Part shown: in pieces, positions 53,752-64,000 of the stretch
How the letters are laid out: each line of letters starts with the position of its first letter
Numbering within the stretch: the first letter of the stretch is position 1
Assembly (NCBI GenBank): GCA_963668645.2
Contig: CAXXWC010000021.1
Coordinates: forward strand, 1,344,001-1,408,000
DNA from: Desulfobacterales bacterium
GTDB taxonomy: Bacteria; Desulfobacterota; Desulfobacteria; Desulfobacterales; UBA2174
Reading direction: 5' to 3'
Length of the DNA: 64,000 bases
The notes under the pieces: generated by a model
Database searches by the model: none
What the model was told of the DNA's origin: nothing
Seen by the model: only the letters and a program-made list of their open reading frames with translations
Made by a program: the position numbers and the translations under genes

Positions 53752-55499
53752 ACGTGCTATGGCTCATGGCAGTGGCGCTGGTGGCACTGATTCTCGGCTA
53801 CCGGTATTATTCGCGTTACCTGGCAACCATTTTGGGTGAGGACCCCAGCGCCCAGACCCCGGCGGTTTGCATGCAGGACGGCCGGGACTATTGCCCGACG
53901 AAATCGTCGGTGGTCTTTGCCCACCACTTCGCGTCCATCGCCGGTGCCGGGCCGGTTCTTGGCCCCACCATGGCACTGCTCTACGGAGCCCTGCCCGTCT
54001 GGCTGTGGGCGATTCTGGGCGGCATCTTCATCGGCGCGGTGCACGACTACGTCACGCTCTTCGTCTCGATCCGCGAAAAGGGCCATTCCGTGGCCGAGAT
54101 CGCACGCAAGTCCCTGGGCGACGCCGGCTTCGCCCTGATGATCGGCTTTACCATCGTGCTGTGCATCCTGGTCACCTCGGCCTTCCTGGTGGCCTCAGCC
54201 GTTTCGCTGACATCCCTGGTGTCGCTGGACATGATGAGGCTGCCTGCCGACCAGACCCTGCTCAAGACGGTGGTCAAGGACGGCGTGACCATGGGCCGCA
54301 TCGGCGGCATCGCCTCGACCTCGGTGATCGTCATCACCCTGTTCGCCCCCCTGGTCGGGTGGCTCAACTACCGCAAGAACGCCCCTCTGTCGCTCACCTA
54401 TCCGCTGGCCATCGTCATCTGCCTGGTGTCGATCGCTGCCGGGCTGGCCCTTCCGGTCCATCTGGAGATCAAGACCTGGATGGTGCTGCTGGCCCTCTAC
54501 TCGTTTGTGGCCGCAGGGGTTCCGGTCTGGATACTACTCCAGCCGCGTGATTTCACAAACGTGTTCATCCTCTATGGCGGGATCCTGCTGCTGATCGCCG
54601 GTGCCGTGGGCGCCGGCCTGGGCGGGGCCACCATCGGCGCACCGTTGATGAACGTGGCTGCCGCCACTCCCAAGCTGGGGCTGATCTGGCCGTTCTTGTT
54701 CATCACGGTGGCCTGCGGGGCGATCTCCGGCTTCCATGCCTTGGTGGCCGGCGGCACCTCGTCCAAGCAGGTGACCGGCGAGGTCGATGCCCGGCGCATC
54801 GGCTACGGCGGCATGCTGCTCGAATCACTGCTGGCCATCGGCGTGGTGGTGGCCCTTTGCAGCGGCATCGACTTTGCCGACTACACCCGGATCGTGTTCC
54901 CGGCCCAGGGAAAATCCAATCCGATCCTGGCTTTTGCCCTGGGCATGAGCGGACTGATGCACCAGGGGCTGCATATCCCGATGGTCTACGGCACCGTCTT
55001 CGGGATCCTGATGGTCGAAGGATTCATCGCCACAACCCTCGACACTGCGGTGCGCATCAACCGCTACCTGTTCGAAGAACTCTGGACGATCCTGTTCAAG
55101 GAGCCGCCCAAAATCATGAAGACCTATCTGTTCAACTCGGGTCTGTCGGTGGTGCTGATGCTTCTGCTGGGATTTACCAACGCCTTTTCGGCCATCTGGC
55201 CCATCTTCGGCACCGCCAACCAGCTGCTGGCGGCCCTGACCCTCATTACCCTGGCCGCTTGGCTGGCCAAGGCCGGCAAAGAGTATGCCTTTGCCATGCT
55301 GCCGGCCCTGTTCATGGTCGTGACCACGGTATTTTCCCTGGCCTACCTGTTCAAACGGTACCTGGCGTCCCACAACTACGTGCTGCTGGGTGCCACCGTG
55401 GTATTGATGGTACTCACCGCCGGGCTTGTGATCGTGGCCGTTCGCCACTGGCAGCAGCGGCGACCGGATAAAAAGCCCGAAGTGGTTCTCAACCACTGA
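53748..55499 (+). CDS. cstA: Carbon starvation protein A family transporter
   Basis: TPA...DGRDY.P, HHFASIAGAGPVLGP, GAVHDY, LLQPRD, FLFITVACGAISGFH, IWPIFGTANQLLAAL. Confidence 0.95.
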   Translation: MNVLWLMAVALVALILGYRYYSRYLATILGEDPSAQTPAVCMQDGRDYCPTKSSVVFAHHFASIAGAGPVLGPTMALLYGALPVWLWAILGGIFIGAVHDYVTLFVSIREKGHSVAEIARKSLGDAGFALMIGFTIVLCILVTSAFLVASAVSLTSLVSLDMMRLPADQTLLKTVVKDGVTMGRIGGIASTSVIVITLFAPLVGWLNYRKNAPLSLTYPLAIVICLVSIAAGLALPVHLEIKTWMVLLALYSFVAAGVPVWILLQPRDFTNVFILYGGILLLIAGAVGAGLGGATIGAPLMNVAAATPKLGLIWPFLFITVACGAISGFHALVAGGTSSKQVTGEVDARRIGYGGMLLESLLAIGVVVALCSGIDFADYTRIVFPAQGKSNPILAFALGMSGLMHQGLHIPMVYGTVFGILMVEGFIATTLDTAVRINRYLFEELWTILFKEPPKIMKTYLFNSGLSVVLMLLLGFTNAFSAIWPIFGTANQLLAALTLITLAAWLAKAGKEYAFAMLPALFMVVTTVFSLAYLFKRYLASHNYVLLGATVVLMVLTAGLVIVAVRHWQQRRPDKKPEVVLNH

Positions 55500-55620
55500 G
55501 CAGTCCTGGGACGGGTACAGAAGAAAAGACGCACCAGTGTGAAGACTTAACCCTGCGCCCTGCCGGCCCGCGGCCGTCAGGGCGCCTGCATCACCGCCTG
55601 AAACGGCCCGGGGCGACCAT

Positions 55621-55935
55621 TCCGGAATCCCGGTCAAAACCCAGATGGCCATCACGGCCATCAGCAAGGGGACCACCTGCGTGTTTTCGATCATCGTCTG
55701 GTTGATGCTTCTGGCCTCCGGAGAGATACTCGACTTTATGCTGCTGCCATCGATGATGCTTGGCTCCATGGTCGCCGCCGTGCTGGCCCCATGGATGACG
55801 CGCACCTTACCAGAACGGATCTGGCGCTGGATCGTGCCGACCCACAGCCTGATTCTGGCAGCCTATGTGAGCTACAAGGTGGTGCCGGACCCTTTAAAAA
55901 TCGCTGGGGTCAACGCCAGCGGGCCGCGGTCTTGA
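55621..55935 (+). pseudogene. C-terminal fragment of a membrane transporter (TauE/SafE-like)
   Basis: SGIPVKTQMAITAISKGTTC followed by three hydrophobic helices. The upstream frame is not membrane-like and closed by TGA at 55540; no clear RBS. Family call is from recollected similarity only. Confidence 0.45.
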
Positions 55936-55975
55936 TGCCGCGGCCCGCGCCTTTTTCAGGGCAAGCCCTTCGGCC

Positions 55976-56983
55976 TTAGCGGCATTCGGCCAGTCGCCCC
56001 TTGGGCTGGAAGCGCAAATTCAGGCTCTCGATATTGGAGGGCAACGCCACAACAGCCTCAGCCCGGCGCGAGGTTCCAGGGACCAAGCTCTGGTCGCCCC
56101 GCCAGTCGACGACGCGCTCCAGAACATCGCCGATCATCATCCATCCTTCGAATTGCAGGCGGCAGGTGCTGGTGTTGCTCAAGTTCAAGGTCACCCCGAT
56201 GATCTCCGGGCTGCGGCGTTCAAGCCCCAGGGCCAAATGGCCGGCCACGGTGCGCCCCCCGCCGGCAGTCAAATTCGTGCCCACCCCGTCTATGATCTGC
56301 CCCTCGGCCTTGAGCTGAATAGGATCTCCATCCAGGGTAGCCTGGCTCCGGGATGCCGGTGGAGGCGGCGGAGGCGGACCCGGCACGGGCTCCGGCCGGG
56401 AATCTGCGTCAACCGGGGTTGATACGCTTCCGGAAGGAGCCGGGGCAGGATTGGCCGAGGCCTCTTCAGCAGACCCCTCGGCCAGTCCTTTCAGTTGGCG
56501 GGCCACCTCACTAGAAGGCATGGGGGTGACCAGGACGTCATCCTGCCAGCGACCGGATTCGACATGGCCGTCGGCAAAATTGTATATCCCCAAACCGCTC
56601 TTGGCGTCCTCTGCCCATTGTCCCTGGTACCCGGATCCGTCCGGCCACTGGTATGTGCCCAGACCGTGGCGCCGCCCGGCCTTCCACTGCCCTTCATAGC
56701 GCGAACCGCTGGGCCAGGTATAAATTCCTCGCCCGTGACGCCGGCCGTTACGGAAACGCCCCTCGTAGCGCCGGCCGTCAGGCCAGGTGTAAATCCCCTG
56801 GCCGGCAAAGCGCGTGTCCCGGAAACCGCCCTCGTAACGAGTTCCATCCGGCCAGGTGTAGACCCCCATTCCGGTGACGCAGTCGCCCTGGATGCAGGCG
56901 GCCTCGATCAGCACCGGTGCAAGGATCACCGGGAGCAGGCCGAGAAGACAGATCCGAACATTCCGGCTTGTTAGTGGCTTCAT
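55976..56983 (-). CDS. Secreted MORN-repeat protein
   Basis: Signal peptide, CIQGDCVTG, repeated G.YTWPDG.RYEG.F units, Pro-rich linker, C-terminal beta domain. Confidence 0.88.
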   Translation of the reverse strand: MKPLTSRNVRICLLGLLPVILAPVLIEAACIQGDCVTGMGVYTWPDGTRYEGGFRDTRFAGQGIYTWPDGRRYEGRFRNGRRHGRGIYTWPSGSRYEGQWKAGRRHGLGTYQWPDGSGYQGQWAEDAKSGLGIYNFADGHVESGRWQDDVLVTPMPSSEVARQLKGLAEGSAEEASANPAPAPSGSVSTPVDADSRPEPVPGPPPPPPPASRSQATLDGDPIQLKAEGQIIDGVGTNLTAGGGRTVAGHLALGLERRSPEIIGVTLNLSNTSTCRLQFEGWMMIGDVLERVVDWRGDQSLVPGTSRRAEAVVALPSNIESLNLRFQPKGRLAECR

Positions 56984-57301
56984 CGATTCACCTTTCCTTT
57001 GATCAATGTCTTGCATTGACGCTGGCGAGCCGATCCGGCCCGCACCAGAAATCGAGCGTCAGCCGGATTCTTGATTCGACTTTCGGCAGTTCATGCCGCA
57101 TAGCCATGCAACGAGCGTCGAAAGATGCGTCTTTAATAATTTGAGTTGCGGGACCTGTCAATTTCCATCCGATGGGTCGAACCATTGCCTTGGCGCGCAT
57201 CGGCGTTATATTTTGGCCTTGATCGACACCGCCGGGCCGGTTTATCAAAACAGACCGAACAGCACGGCAAACGCAATCCTCCAAGCGAGGCAGACAACGC
57301 C

Positions 57302-58237
57302 ATGACGACCAACAACTTGCGCACCGGCGTGCTACTGGTAGCGATGACAGCCCTGATCATGATCGTCGGCCAACTCGTCGGCGGCCGCCAGGGCATGATG
57401 GTGGCCTTTGTGCTGGCCGCAGTGATGAATTTTGCCAGCTACTGGTACTCTGACAAGATCGTGCTGGGCATGTATAAGGCCCGCCCCGTCACACCGGACC
57501 AGGCACCTGAACTCTATGCCCTGACCGAGTCTCTGACCCGGCGCGCCGGGTTGCCGATGCCGAGGCTCTACATGATTCCCGATCCATCCCCCAACGCCTT
57601 TGCCACCGGCCGCAATCCCCGGCATGCCGCGGTGGCGGTGACAGAGGGGCTGGTCAGGCTCATGGACCGCGACGAAATCGCCGGAGTCATCTCCCACGAA
57701 TTGGGACATGTACGCAACCGGGACATCCTGACAGGCAGCATCGCCGCCACCTTGGCCGGTGCGATCATGATGCTGGCCAGCATGGCACGCTGGTCGGCTA
57801 TTTTCGGAGGCCAACGCAGCGACGAAAACGGTGGGGGCATCGGCGGTTTGGGATTGATCCTCATTTCCCTGGTGGCCCCCCTGGCGGCCATGGTAATTCA
57901 AATGGCCATTTCCCGCTCCCGCGAATACGCGGCCGATCGCACCGGCGCTCAAATCTCCGGTTCCACCGAGGGACTGGCCCGGGCACTGGAAAAGCTGGGC
58001 GCCTACGCCCGGGGGGGGCGTCCCATGTCCGCCAACCCGGCAACGGCCCATATGTTCATCGTCAACCCACTAGCGGGCGGAAACCTGCAGAACCTATTTG
58101 CCACCCATCCTCCCCTGGCAGAGCGCATCGCCCGTCTCAGGGGAGGCCATGCCGGGTCCCCGCCCCCTCCGCCCATGAGCCGGGAGCGGACAATGACCGA
58201 CAGCGGCAGGGACTTTTGGAATCGACTTTCACAATGA
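57302..58237 (+). CDS. htpX: Zinc metalloprotease HtpX (M48)
   Basis: PNAFATGRNP, HELGH, SRSREYAAD, THPP. Confidence 0.95.
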   Translation: MTTNNLRTGVLLVAMTALIMIVGQLVGGRQGMMVAFVLAAVMNFASYWYSDKIVLGMYKARPVTPDQAPELYALTESLTRRAGLPMPRLYMIPDPSPNAFATGRNPRHAAVAVTEGLVRLMDRDEIAGVISHELGHVRNRDILTGSIAATLAGAIMMLASMARWSAIFGGQRSDENGGGIGGLGLILISLVAPLAAMVIQMAISRSREYAADRTGAQISGSTEGLARALEKLGAYARGGRPMSANPATAHMFIVNPLAGGNLQNLFATHPPLAERIARLRGGHAGSPPPPPMSRERTMTDSGRDFWNRLSQ

Positions 58238-58335
58238 ACCACGCGATGAGGGAATACCGGAGTTCGCGTTGTGTTGACACGCTTCCAATTCGCCGACACC
58301 ACAAATTATCGCCAGAGCCAAAGGACTAAAGACTG

Positions 58336-59022
58336 ATGGGAATCCAGGAACGCAAAGAAAGAGAACGCGAACGGCGCCGCCAGGATATCATGATGGCAGC
58401 TCGCCGGGTGTTCAGCGCCAAGGGATACGAGAAAGCCACCATGGAAGACATCGCCCGGGAAGTGGAGCTGAGCCCCGGTACGCTCTATCTCTATTTCAAG
58501 AACAAAGACGATCTGTACGCCTCTTTGAACCTGCGCGTGCTTCAGTTCATGACCGTCAAGCTCGAACATGCCCTGGCCGATCCCGACCTGGATTTCGACC
58601 GCAAGCTCGATCGGGTGATGCAGGGAATGCTGGACGTCTACGAGTTCGACTCATTGATCCTTAACAACGTCTTTCATCTCCAATCGAGTGAAACCCTGAA
58701 GAACATTTCACCGGAACTGCTTTCTGAAATCAATAGATTGAGCCGCACCGCGTTGCGCACCCTGAAAGCGATGTTCACTGCCGAAATCGAAAAAGGCACC
58801 ATCATTCCCGCCAACCCCACCGCTTTGGCCGACCTGGTCTGGAGCCTGTTTTCCGGCATCGCGCTCTGGGAGGAAACCAAACGGATGATCAACCCCGATC
58901 GCTACCGCTTCAAACAAAACATCCAGACCGGATTCGACCTGCTGCGACGCGGACTGCGCCAGCCACAGTACCGAGCGCCAGGCGGGTGCAGCGCCGATCC
59001 GGCCTGCAAGCCGCAAGGCTGA
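58336..59022 (+). CDS. TetR/AcrR family regulator
   Basis: AARRVFSAKGYEKATMEDIAREVELSPGTLYLYFKNKDDL. Confidence 0.95.
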   Translation: MGIQERKERERERRRQDIMMAARRVFSAKGYEKATMEDIAREVELSPGTLYLYFKNKDDLYASLNLRVLQFMTVKLEHALADPDLDFDRKLDRVMQGMLDVYEFDSLILNNVFHLQSSETLKNISPELLSEINRLSRTALRTLKAMFTAEIEKGTIIPANPTALADLVWSLFSGIALWEETKRMINPDRYRFKQNIQTGFDLLRRGLRQPQYRAPGGCSADPACKPQG

Positions 59023-59271
59023 AAATTGATTTGACAGCCGCCAGGGAACCTCACAGATTGAAACGGTAATGCATCCGAACGCACATCTTCGGAGGTGCCC
59101 GGTACCGACATTCCTCTTCTGGCTCTGGCCGAACGCCAACCACCACGCCCCCAAGACGGGTCCAACCGGTCTATGGGGGCGTTTTGCGTTGATCCGTCCC
59201 CCATTCCCGCCGCATTCGCACCCGGAATGGAGGACTTGCACGCCAACCCTTCAGCAAGAGAAGGTTCAAAG

Positions 59272-59481
59272 ATGAGCGGCAGCGTTTACAAAATCATCGA
59301 ACTGGTGGGCACGAGCGACAAATCATGGGAGGATGCGGCCGCCAAGGCGGTCGAGCTGGCCGGCAAGAGCCTGCGTGACCTGCGGGTGGCCGAAGTGACC
59401 AAAATGGACATGGCCATCGAAAACGGCAAGGTGCTGCGCTACCGGGCCCGGGTGGCGCTTTCGTTCAAATACGAAGACTAA
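59272..59481 (+). CDS. Dodecin family protein
   Basis: MSGSVYKIIELVGTSDKSWEDAA..LRVAEV..YRARVALSFKYED. Confidence 0.92.
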   Translation: MSGSVYKIIELVGTSDKSWEDAAAKAVELAGKSLRDLRVAEVTKMDMAIENGKVLRYRARVALSFKYED

Positions 59482-59523
59482 AAAAAGAGGATTTGCCATC
59501 TTTTTATGGCAAATCCTCTTTTT
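59482..59523. terminator. Bidirectional intrinsic terminator
   Basis: aaaaagaggatttgccat / atggcaaatcctcttttt with A and T tracts, between dodecin and the tRNA. Confidence 0.9.
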
Positions 59524-59528
59524 CATTC

Positions 59529-59603
59529 TGGTGGGCGGTACAGGATTTGAACCTGTGACTTCCACCGTGTGAAGGTGGCACTCTCCCGCTGAGTTAACCG
59601 CCC
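59529..59603 (-). tRNA. tRNA-Val (anticodon CAC)
   Basis: Reverse complement GGGCGGTTAACTCAGCGGGAGAGTGCCACCTTCACACGGTGGAAGTCACAGGTTCAAATCCTGTACCGCCCACCA: cloverleaf, T-loop GTTCAAATC, encoded CCA. Confidence 0.97.
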
Positions 59604-59610
59604 GAATCGA

Positions 59611-59886
59611 TCAGGAATCGACTTTTTCCTTCAGTTCCTTGCCCACCTTGAAGAAGGGGAGCCGTTTGGAGGGCACCTCGATCTGCCTTCCCGTCTTGGG
59701 GTTACGGCCGGTATAAGCCTTGTATTCCTTCACGGAAAAGCTTCCGAAACCCCGGATTTCCACCCGGTCACCGCCTTCCATGGCTTCCGTGATGGCACCG
59801 AAAAACTGGTCCACGACGTTCTCGGCGTCCTTACGACTCAGGCCGGTATAGTCCTTGAGGGAATTGATCAAGTTCGATTTATTCAT
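59611..59886 (-). CDS. ihfB: Integration host factor beta / HU family protein
   Basis: MNKSNLI..GDRVEIRGFGSFSV..GRNPKTG..PFFKVGKELKEKV. Confidence 0.85.
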   Translation of the reverse strand: MNKSNLINSLKDYTGLSRKDAENVVDQFFGAITEAMEGGDRVEIRGFGSFSVKEYKAYTGRNPKTGRQIEVPSKRLPFFKVGKELKEKVDS

Positions 59887-59962
59887 GCCTGCTCCCCCGG
59901 CAAACCCTTCCTGGGTGCCGGTTCAAATTCGACGCTTACTATGAAATTTATGGACGCCAAAG

Positions 59963-60553
59963 TCAAGGCTTTTTTCCGTTTGCGATAACTGGTTGCGGGA
60001 CTTGAAGCCCCTGTGTCGCATCACCGGGTTTGGCGGACAGGTCCCTGATTTCTTTAAGAGTCGGCAGGTCTTTGAGGTCCCGCAGTTCGAAAACCTCCAG
60101 AAAAATCCGAGTGGTGCCATAGATTAAGGGCCTGCCGGGGATCTCCCGGCGCCCCATGACGCGGATCAGGCGGCGTTCGAGCAGCATCCGCAGCACGCCG
60201 CCGCAATCAACGCCGCGCACCGCCTCGATTTCGGCGCGCAATACCGGCTGGCGGTATGCCACGATCGCCAAGGTTTCCAGGGCCGCACGGCTCAGGCGGG
60301 CGGTGGAAGTCCCCCTGAGACGGCGGATCCAAGGGTGAAAGCGTGGCCGGCTGCGCAGCTGGTACCCGCCGGCCACCTGCTGAAGGTAAAAACCGCCACC
60401 GCGCTTTTCGTATTCATCCGCCAGGATCTCCAGTGCCGCGTGGATGGCCGGCTTTTCACCGGTGGCGGTCACCTCGGCGAGGGTCTCGATGCTCAGCGGC
60501 CCTTCGGCGGCAAAAAGCAGGCTCTCTATGATGGCCCCAAGATCTTCGTTCAT
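59963..60553 (-). CDS. scpB: SMC-Scp complex subunit ScpB
   Basis: IIESLLFAA, VAGGYQLR, LSRAALETLAIVAYRQP, PGRPLIYGTT. Confidence 0.96.
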   Translation of the reverse strand: MNEDLGAIIESLLFAAEGPLSIETLAEVTATGEKPAIHAALEILADEYEKRGGGFYLQQVAGGYQLRSRPRFHPWIRRLRGTSTARLSRAALETLAIVAYRQPVLRAEIEAVRGVDCGGVLRMLLERRLIRVMGRREIPGRPLIYGTTRIFLEVFELRDLKDLPTLKEIRDLSAKPGDATQGLQVPQPVIANGKKP

Positions 60554-61275
60554 TGATAGAAGACCCGGATGATCCCCGATTGGGCGTGTTGAACGATCTC
60601 GACCAGCTCGAGCCGGGCCATTTCCAGGATTGCCAAAAAGGTTACGATGACATCCTGGCGGGTGGCCGCCCCCTCGAAAAGCTGGTCAAAGGCCAAAGAC
60701 CGGGCATCCTCCAGGCGGTCGATGATCTGGGCAATCCGCTTTTTGATGGAGATGGTGTCGGCGCTCAGATCGACCTGGTGGGCTGGCCCGACGCGATCGA
60801 TGACCTGCTGAAAGGCGTCGATCAGTTCGAAAAGCCCCACCCGTATCATGGTCGGATCCGGTTGCAGATCGGCCTCGTCATCCGCCGGCGGCCGGGTGAA
60901 GGTCTGCTCGCCGAGAATATTGCGTCCGGCCAAGGCCTCGGCGGCGGCCTTCATCTGCATGTACTCGGCCAGGGGACGGACGATGGCCAGGCGGGGATCC
61001 TCCTCCTCTTCGTCCGGCGCCCCATAAACCGGCAAAAGCATGCGCGATTTGATCTGGGCCAGGGTGGCCGCCATGACCACGAAGTCGCCGGCCATGTCGA
61101 TATTCAGCGCCTTCATCAGATCCAGGTAATGCAGGTACTGCTCGGTAATCAGGGCGATGGGAATATCGTAAATATCCAGCTCGTGCTTGCGGATGAGGTG
61201 AACGAGAAGGTCCATCGGCCCCTCGAAAATATTCTCCACCCGCACGGCATAGATCTCATCGTTCATGGCCTGCAC
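60550..61275 (-). CDS. scpA: Segregation/condensation protein A
   Basis: FEGPMDLLVHLI, IKSRMLLP, IVTFLAILEM. Confidence 0.96.
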   Translation of the reverse strand: MQAMNDEIYAVRVENIFEGPMDLLVHLIRKHELDIYDIPIALITEQYLHYLDLMKALNIDMAGDFVVMAATLAQIKSRMLLPVYGAPDEEEEDPRLAIVRPLAEYMQMKAAAEALAGRNILGEQTFTRPPADDEADLQPDPTMIRVGLFELIDAFQQVIDRVGPAHQVDLSADTISIKKRIAQIIDRLEDARSLAFDQLFEGAATRQDVIVTFLAILEMARLELVEIVQHAQSGIIRVFYQ

Positions 61276-61298
61276 CGCCCCGGCCCCGGTTGCAACGT

Positions 61299-62312
61299 TC
61301 AGCGCTCCAGCGGGCGGATCCCCACCGCCCGGCGCACCTCCTGAAGCATGGGACGGCTGTAAGCCCGGGCTTTTTCGGCCCCCTGACGTAAGAGCCGTTC
61401 GACATGCGCCGGGTCGGCCATCAGCTCCTCGTAGCGGCGGCGGGGCTCGGCCAGCTGGGCGTTGAGATATTCGAAAAGCATCTGCTTCATCTCACCCCAA
61501 CCGATCCCGGCCGCGTAGCGCGCTCGCAGATCCTCGGCTTCCTGCGCTGTGGCAAAGGCCTTGTAGATCTGAAAAAGCGTGCAGGTCTCGGGCTCTTTGG
61601 GCGCCTCGGGCGGCAGGCTGTTGGTGGCGATCTTCATGATCAGCTTGCGCAACTGCTTTTCCGAAGTAAAAAGAGGGATCGTGTTGTGATAGCTCTTGCT
61701 CATCTTGCGGCCGTCCAGGCCGGTCAGAACCGCCGCCTGCTCCTGAACCTCGGCCTCGGGCAGAACGAAATGCTCCCCGTAATGATGGTTGAAACGCGCT
61801 GCGATGTCGCGCGCCATTTCCAGGTGCTGAATCTGGTCTTTGCCCACCGGGACCCGATTGGCCTTGAACATCAGAATGTCGGCGGCCATCAAGATCGGAT
61901 AGCAGAACAGTCCCATGGAAATACCCCGGTCCGGGTCCCCGTGGCCGGAGGCCTCGTTGTCGGCCACGGCGGCTTTGTAGGCGTGGGCCCGATTCATCAA
62001 CCCCTTGGCGGTCGAGCATGTGAGAATCCAGGTCAGTTCCAGGATTTCGGGAATGTCCGATTGGCGGTAGAAGATGCTCCGATCCGTGTCGAGCCCCAGG
62101 GCGATCCAGGTGGCGGCCACTTCCAGACTTGAGCGGTTTACCTCGTCCGGATCCTGGCATTTGATGATCGAATGGTAGTCTGCCAGAAAGTAGAAAGAGT
62201 CGGTTTCAAGGTTGCGGCTGGCTGCGATGGCCGGCCGGATAGCGCCCACGTAGTTGCCCAGGTGGGGCGTGCCGGTGGTGGTGATGCCGGTCAGAATGAT
62301 TTGTGAAGTCAT
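61299..62312 (-). CDS. trpS: Tryptophan--tRNA ligase
   Basis: [38 protein letters not shown]. Confidence 0.97.
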   Translation of the reverse strand: MTSQIILTGITTTGTPHLGNYVGAIRPAIAASRNLETDSFYFLADYHSIIKCQDPDEVNRSSLEVAATWIALGLDTDRSIFYRQSDIPEILELTWILTCSTAKGLMNRAHAYKAAVADNEASGHGDPDRGISMGLFCYPILMAADILMFKANRVPVGKDQIQHLEMARDIAARFNHHYGEHFVLPEAEVQEQAAVLTGLDGRKMSKSYHNTIPLFTSEKQLRKLIMKIATNSLPPEAPKEPETCTLFQIYKAFATAQEAEDLRARYAAGIGWGEMKQMLFEYLNAQLAEPRRRYEELMADPAHVERLLRQGAEKARAYSRPMLQEVRRAVGIRPLER

Positions 62313-62355
62313 GGATCTTCCTGATTTCAAGCTAGGGTGCCGGCCGGGTCCTCGG

Positions 62356-64000
62356 TCAGCAGCCGGGTTGAGGGTGTGACGGCCCTTCGGGCGGGATCAG
62401 GGATTCGGTGGCCGGCCGGCGGGAAGCCAGACGCTGGGCCAGGGCCAGCTCGTCTTTGACGTCCTCCAGTTGACCGTTGCGTTTGGCATCCCGCACCGCA
62501 TCGAAAATCTCCCGGTAGATGGGGCCGGGGGGGATGCCGAGCACTTTGAGGTCGGCGCCGCTGATCGCCGGCTGAACGAAACGCAAGCGGGTCACATATA
62601 CCGAAATGGCCCGCTGCACGGCGACCTGCCGCGTAGTCGCCATCATGTAAAGGATCTGTTCAATACTGAATCCTTGCAACATCTTGCACAGGATGCTGTT
62701 TTCGGGTGGGATCTGGTTATCGAGCCGATAAACGACGCGTTCAGCCATCAGACGTCCGGAGCCCAAAAGGCGTCGCTGGCGCGGCGGCAGATCGAAACGG
62801 CGGCAGATCGCCTCGGTGACCTCCCGGTCGAAAGAACGGATCAGGGCCATGAAATAAACGGCCCACTTCATATAAGATTCCTCTAAAAAAAGCAAATCGA
62901 ACCAGGACTGGACCTCCTTGACCGCCTGAAAAGCGGTCGAAAGTTCAGCGTTGAAAGTCAAGCTGGGGTGAACCACCTTGAGCAGGTCGTAGTCGCCCAG
63001 GCGTTTGAGCAGGTCCAGAGGGCTGGCCTCTTCGAGAAGCAAACGCAGCTCGGAAAAAACCCGCCGGCCGTCCAGGCGCTTGAAAAAGTCCATCCGCACG
63101 GCGTTTTCGATCAGCCCGGCGGTGAGCCGGCCGATGGAAAAACCGAAGCGTTGTTCGAAGCGGATGGCGCGAAACACCCGCGTCGGATCCTCCACGAAGC
63201 TCAAGTTATGCAGCACGCGAATCGTCTTTTCCTTGATGTCCTTTAACGCGGAGAAAAAATCGATCAAAATACCGAAACGCCGGGGGTTGAGCTGGATCGC
63301 CAAGGTGTTGATGGTAAAATCGCGGCGCGCCAGGTCCATTTTGATCGAACTCATCTCCACCGTGGGCAGCGCCGCGGGCACGGTGTAGTACTCCATGCGG
63401 GCCGAGGCCACATCCATCTTGAACGTATCGGGGAAGACCACCACCGCAGTGCCGAATTTCTCATGGGTGTGCACCCGCCCTCCCATGATCTTGGCAAAAC
63501 GGCGGGCGAACCGGATCCCGTCCCCTTCGATAACGATGTCGATGTCCTCGTTGGGCCGATAAAGAAACAGGTCCCGCACGAATCCGCCCACCACATAAGC
63601 CCCGCAATCCAGTTCATCGGCCACTTCGCCCACCGTTTGAAGAATATCGATAAGCCGCCGTGTGAGGCGTTCGCGCATGAATTTCTGGATGTTGCGGGTA
63701 CGGGCGCCCACCATCTCGCTGAGCGGTTCGTATCCGTTGGCCGTGCCGGGTGCGCTGGGCATCAGCAGGTTGAGCAGGTCGGTGCGCGTCAGCACCCCCA
63801 CCACCTGTTGGCCTTCACAGATCGGCAGGATTCGCTGCTTGTGGCCGATGATTTTTTCCTGGATCTCTTGCAGTTCGGCATCCGGCCCCACTGAGACGAC
63901 CTCCGGATTCATATAATCGCGCACCGGCACATCCTGAAGCCCGTGGTAGAGGGCCTTTTCCAGCACTTGGCGGGTGATGTAACCGACCAGAGGATCTGAA
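62356..64000 (-). CDS. CBS-domain CCA-adding enzyme / poly(A) polymerase family protein, 5' end outside the window
   Basis: CBS pair, then [41 protein letters not shown]. The frame stays open to the window edge. Confidence 0.92.
   Translation of the reverse strand, partial: SDPLVGYITRQVLEKALYHGLQDVPVRDYMNPEVVSVGPDAELQEIQEKIIGHKQRILPICEGQQVVGVLTRTDLLNLLMPSAPGTANGYEPLSEMVGARTRNIQKFMRERLTRRLIDILQTVGEVADELDCGAYVVGGFVRDLFLYRPNEDIDIVIEGDGIRFARRFAKIMGGRVHTHEKFGTAVVVFPDTFKMDVASARMEYYTVPAALPTVEMSSIKMDLARRDFTINTLAIQLNPRRFGILIDFFSALKDIKEKTIRVLHNLSFVEDPTRVFRAIRFEQRFGFSIGRLTAGLIENAVRMDFFKRLDGRRVFSELRLLLEEASPLDLLKRLGDYDLLKVVHPSLTFNAELSTAFQAVKEVQSWFDLLFLEESYMKWAVYFMALIRSFDREVTEAICRRFDLPPRQRRLLGSGRLMAERVVYRLDNQIPPENSILCKMLQGFSIEQILYMMATTRQVAVQRAISVYVTRLRFVQPAISGADLKVLGIPPGPIYREIFDAVRDAKRNGQLEDVKDELALAQRLASRRPATESLIPPEGPSHPQPGC

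Noticed and set aside
59095..59271. N-terminal extension of dodecin in the ORF track
   Set aside because: Dodecins are about 70 aa and similarity starts at MSGSVYK (59272); the extension overlaps RNA hairpins.

Overview
GC-rich bacterial chromosome segment; gene content suggests a Desulfobacterota/deltaproteobacterial organism (inference). The left half (1-32621, minus strand) is one uninterrupted ORF of at least 10,873 codons. The supplied ORF track misses it because its stop lies beyond position 1. It encodes a giant exported protein with an N-terminal LEPR-XLL-type motif (LETLEQRIMLSAD), 25 near-identical 534-bp repeats, about 11-12 372-bp repeats, many diverged copies of the same beta-rich module, an inserted chain of five other domains, and Ig-like domains. 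Directly upstream on the same strand is a five-gene export cluster: TolC, an adaptor (MFP), a GAF-MFP, a PqqD-like/M50 site-2-protease/MFP fusion, and a C-terminally truncated SecA paralogue. No ABC transporter is visible. This looks like a dedicated SecA-powered, type I-like secretion system with leader processing, and is the most interesting element in the window. The right third is mostly housekeeping: EI24/CysZ, gamma-CA, tcdA, tatD, SMUG1, YkgJ, truC, MBL hydrolase, groES/groEL, a sigma54 activator with cstA, MORN protein, htpX, TetR, dodecin, tRNA-Val(CAC), IHF/HU, scpB/scpA, trpS and a CBS-CCA/poly(A) polymerase. All calls come from reading motifs by eye; no database searches were run.
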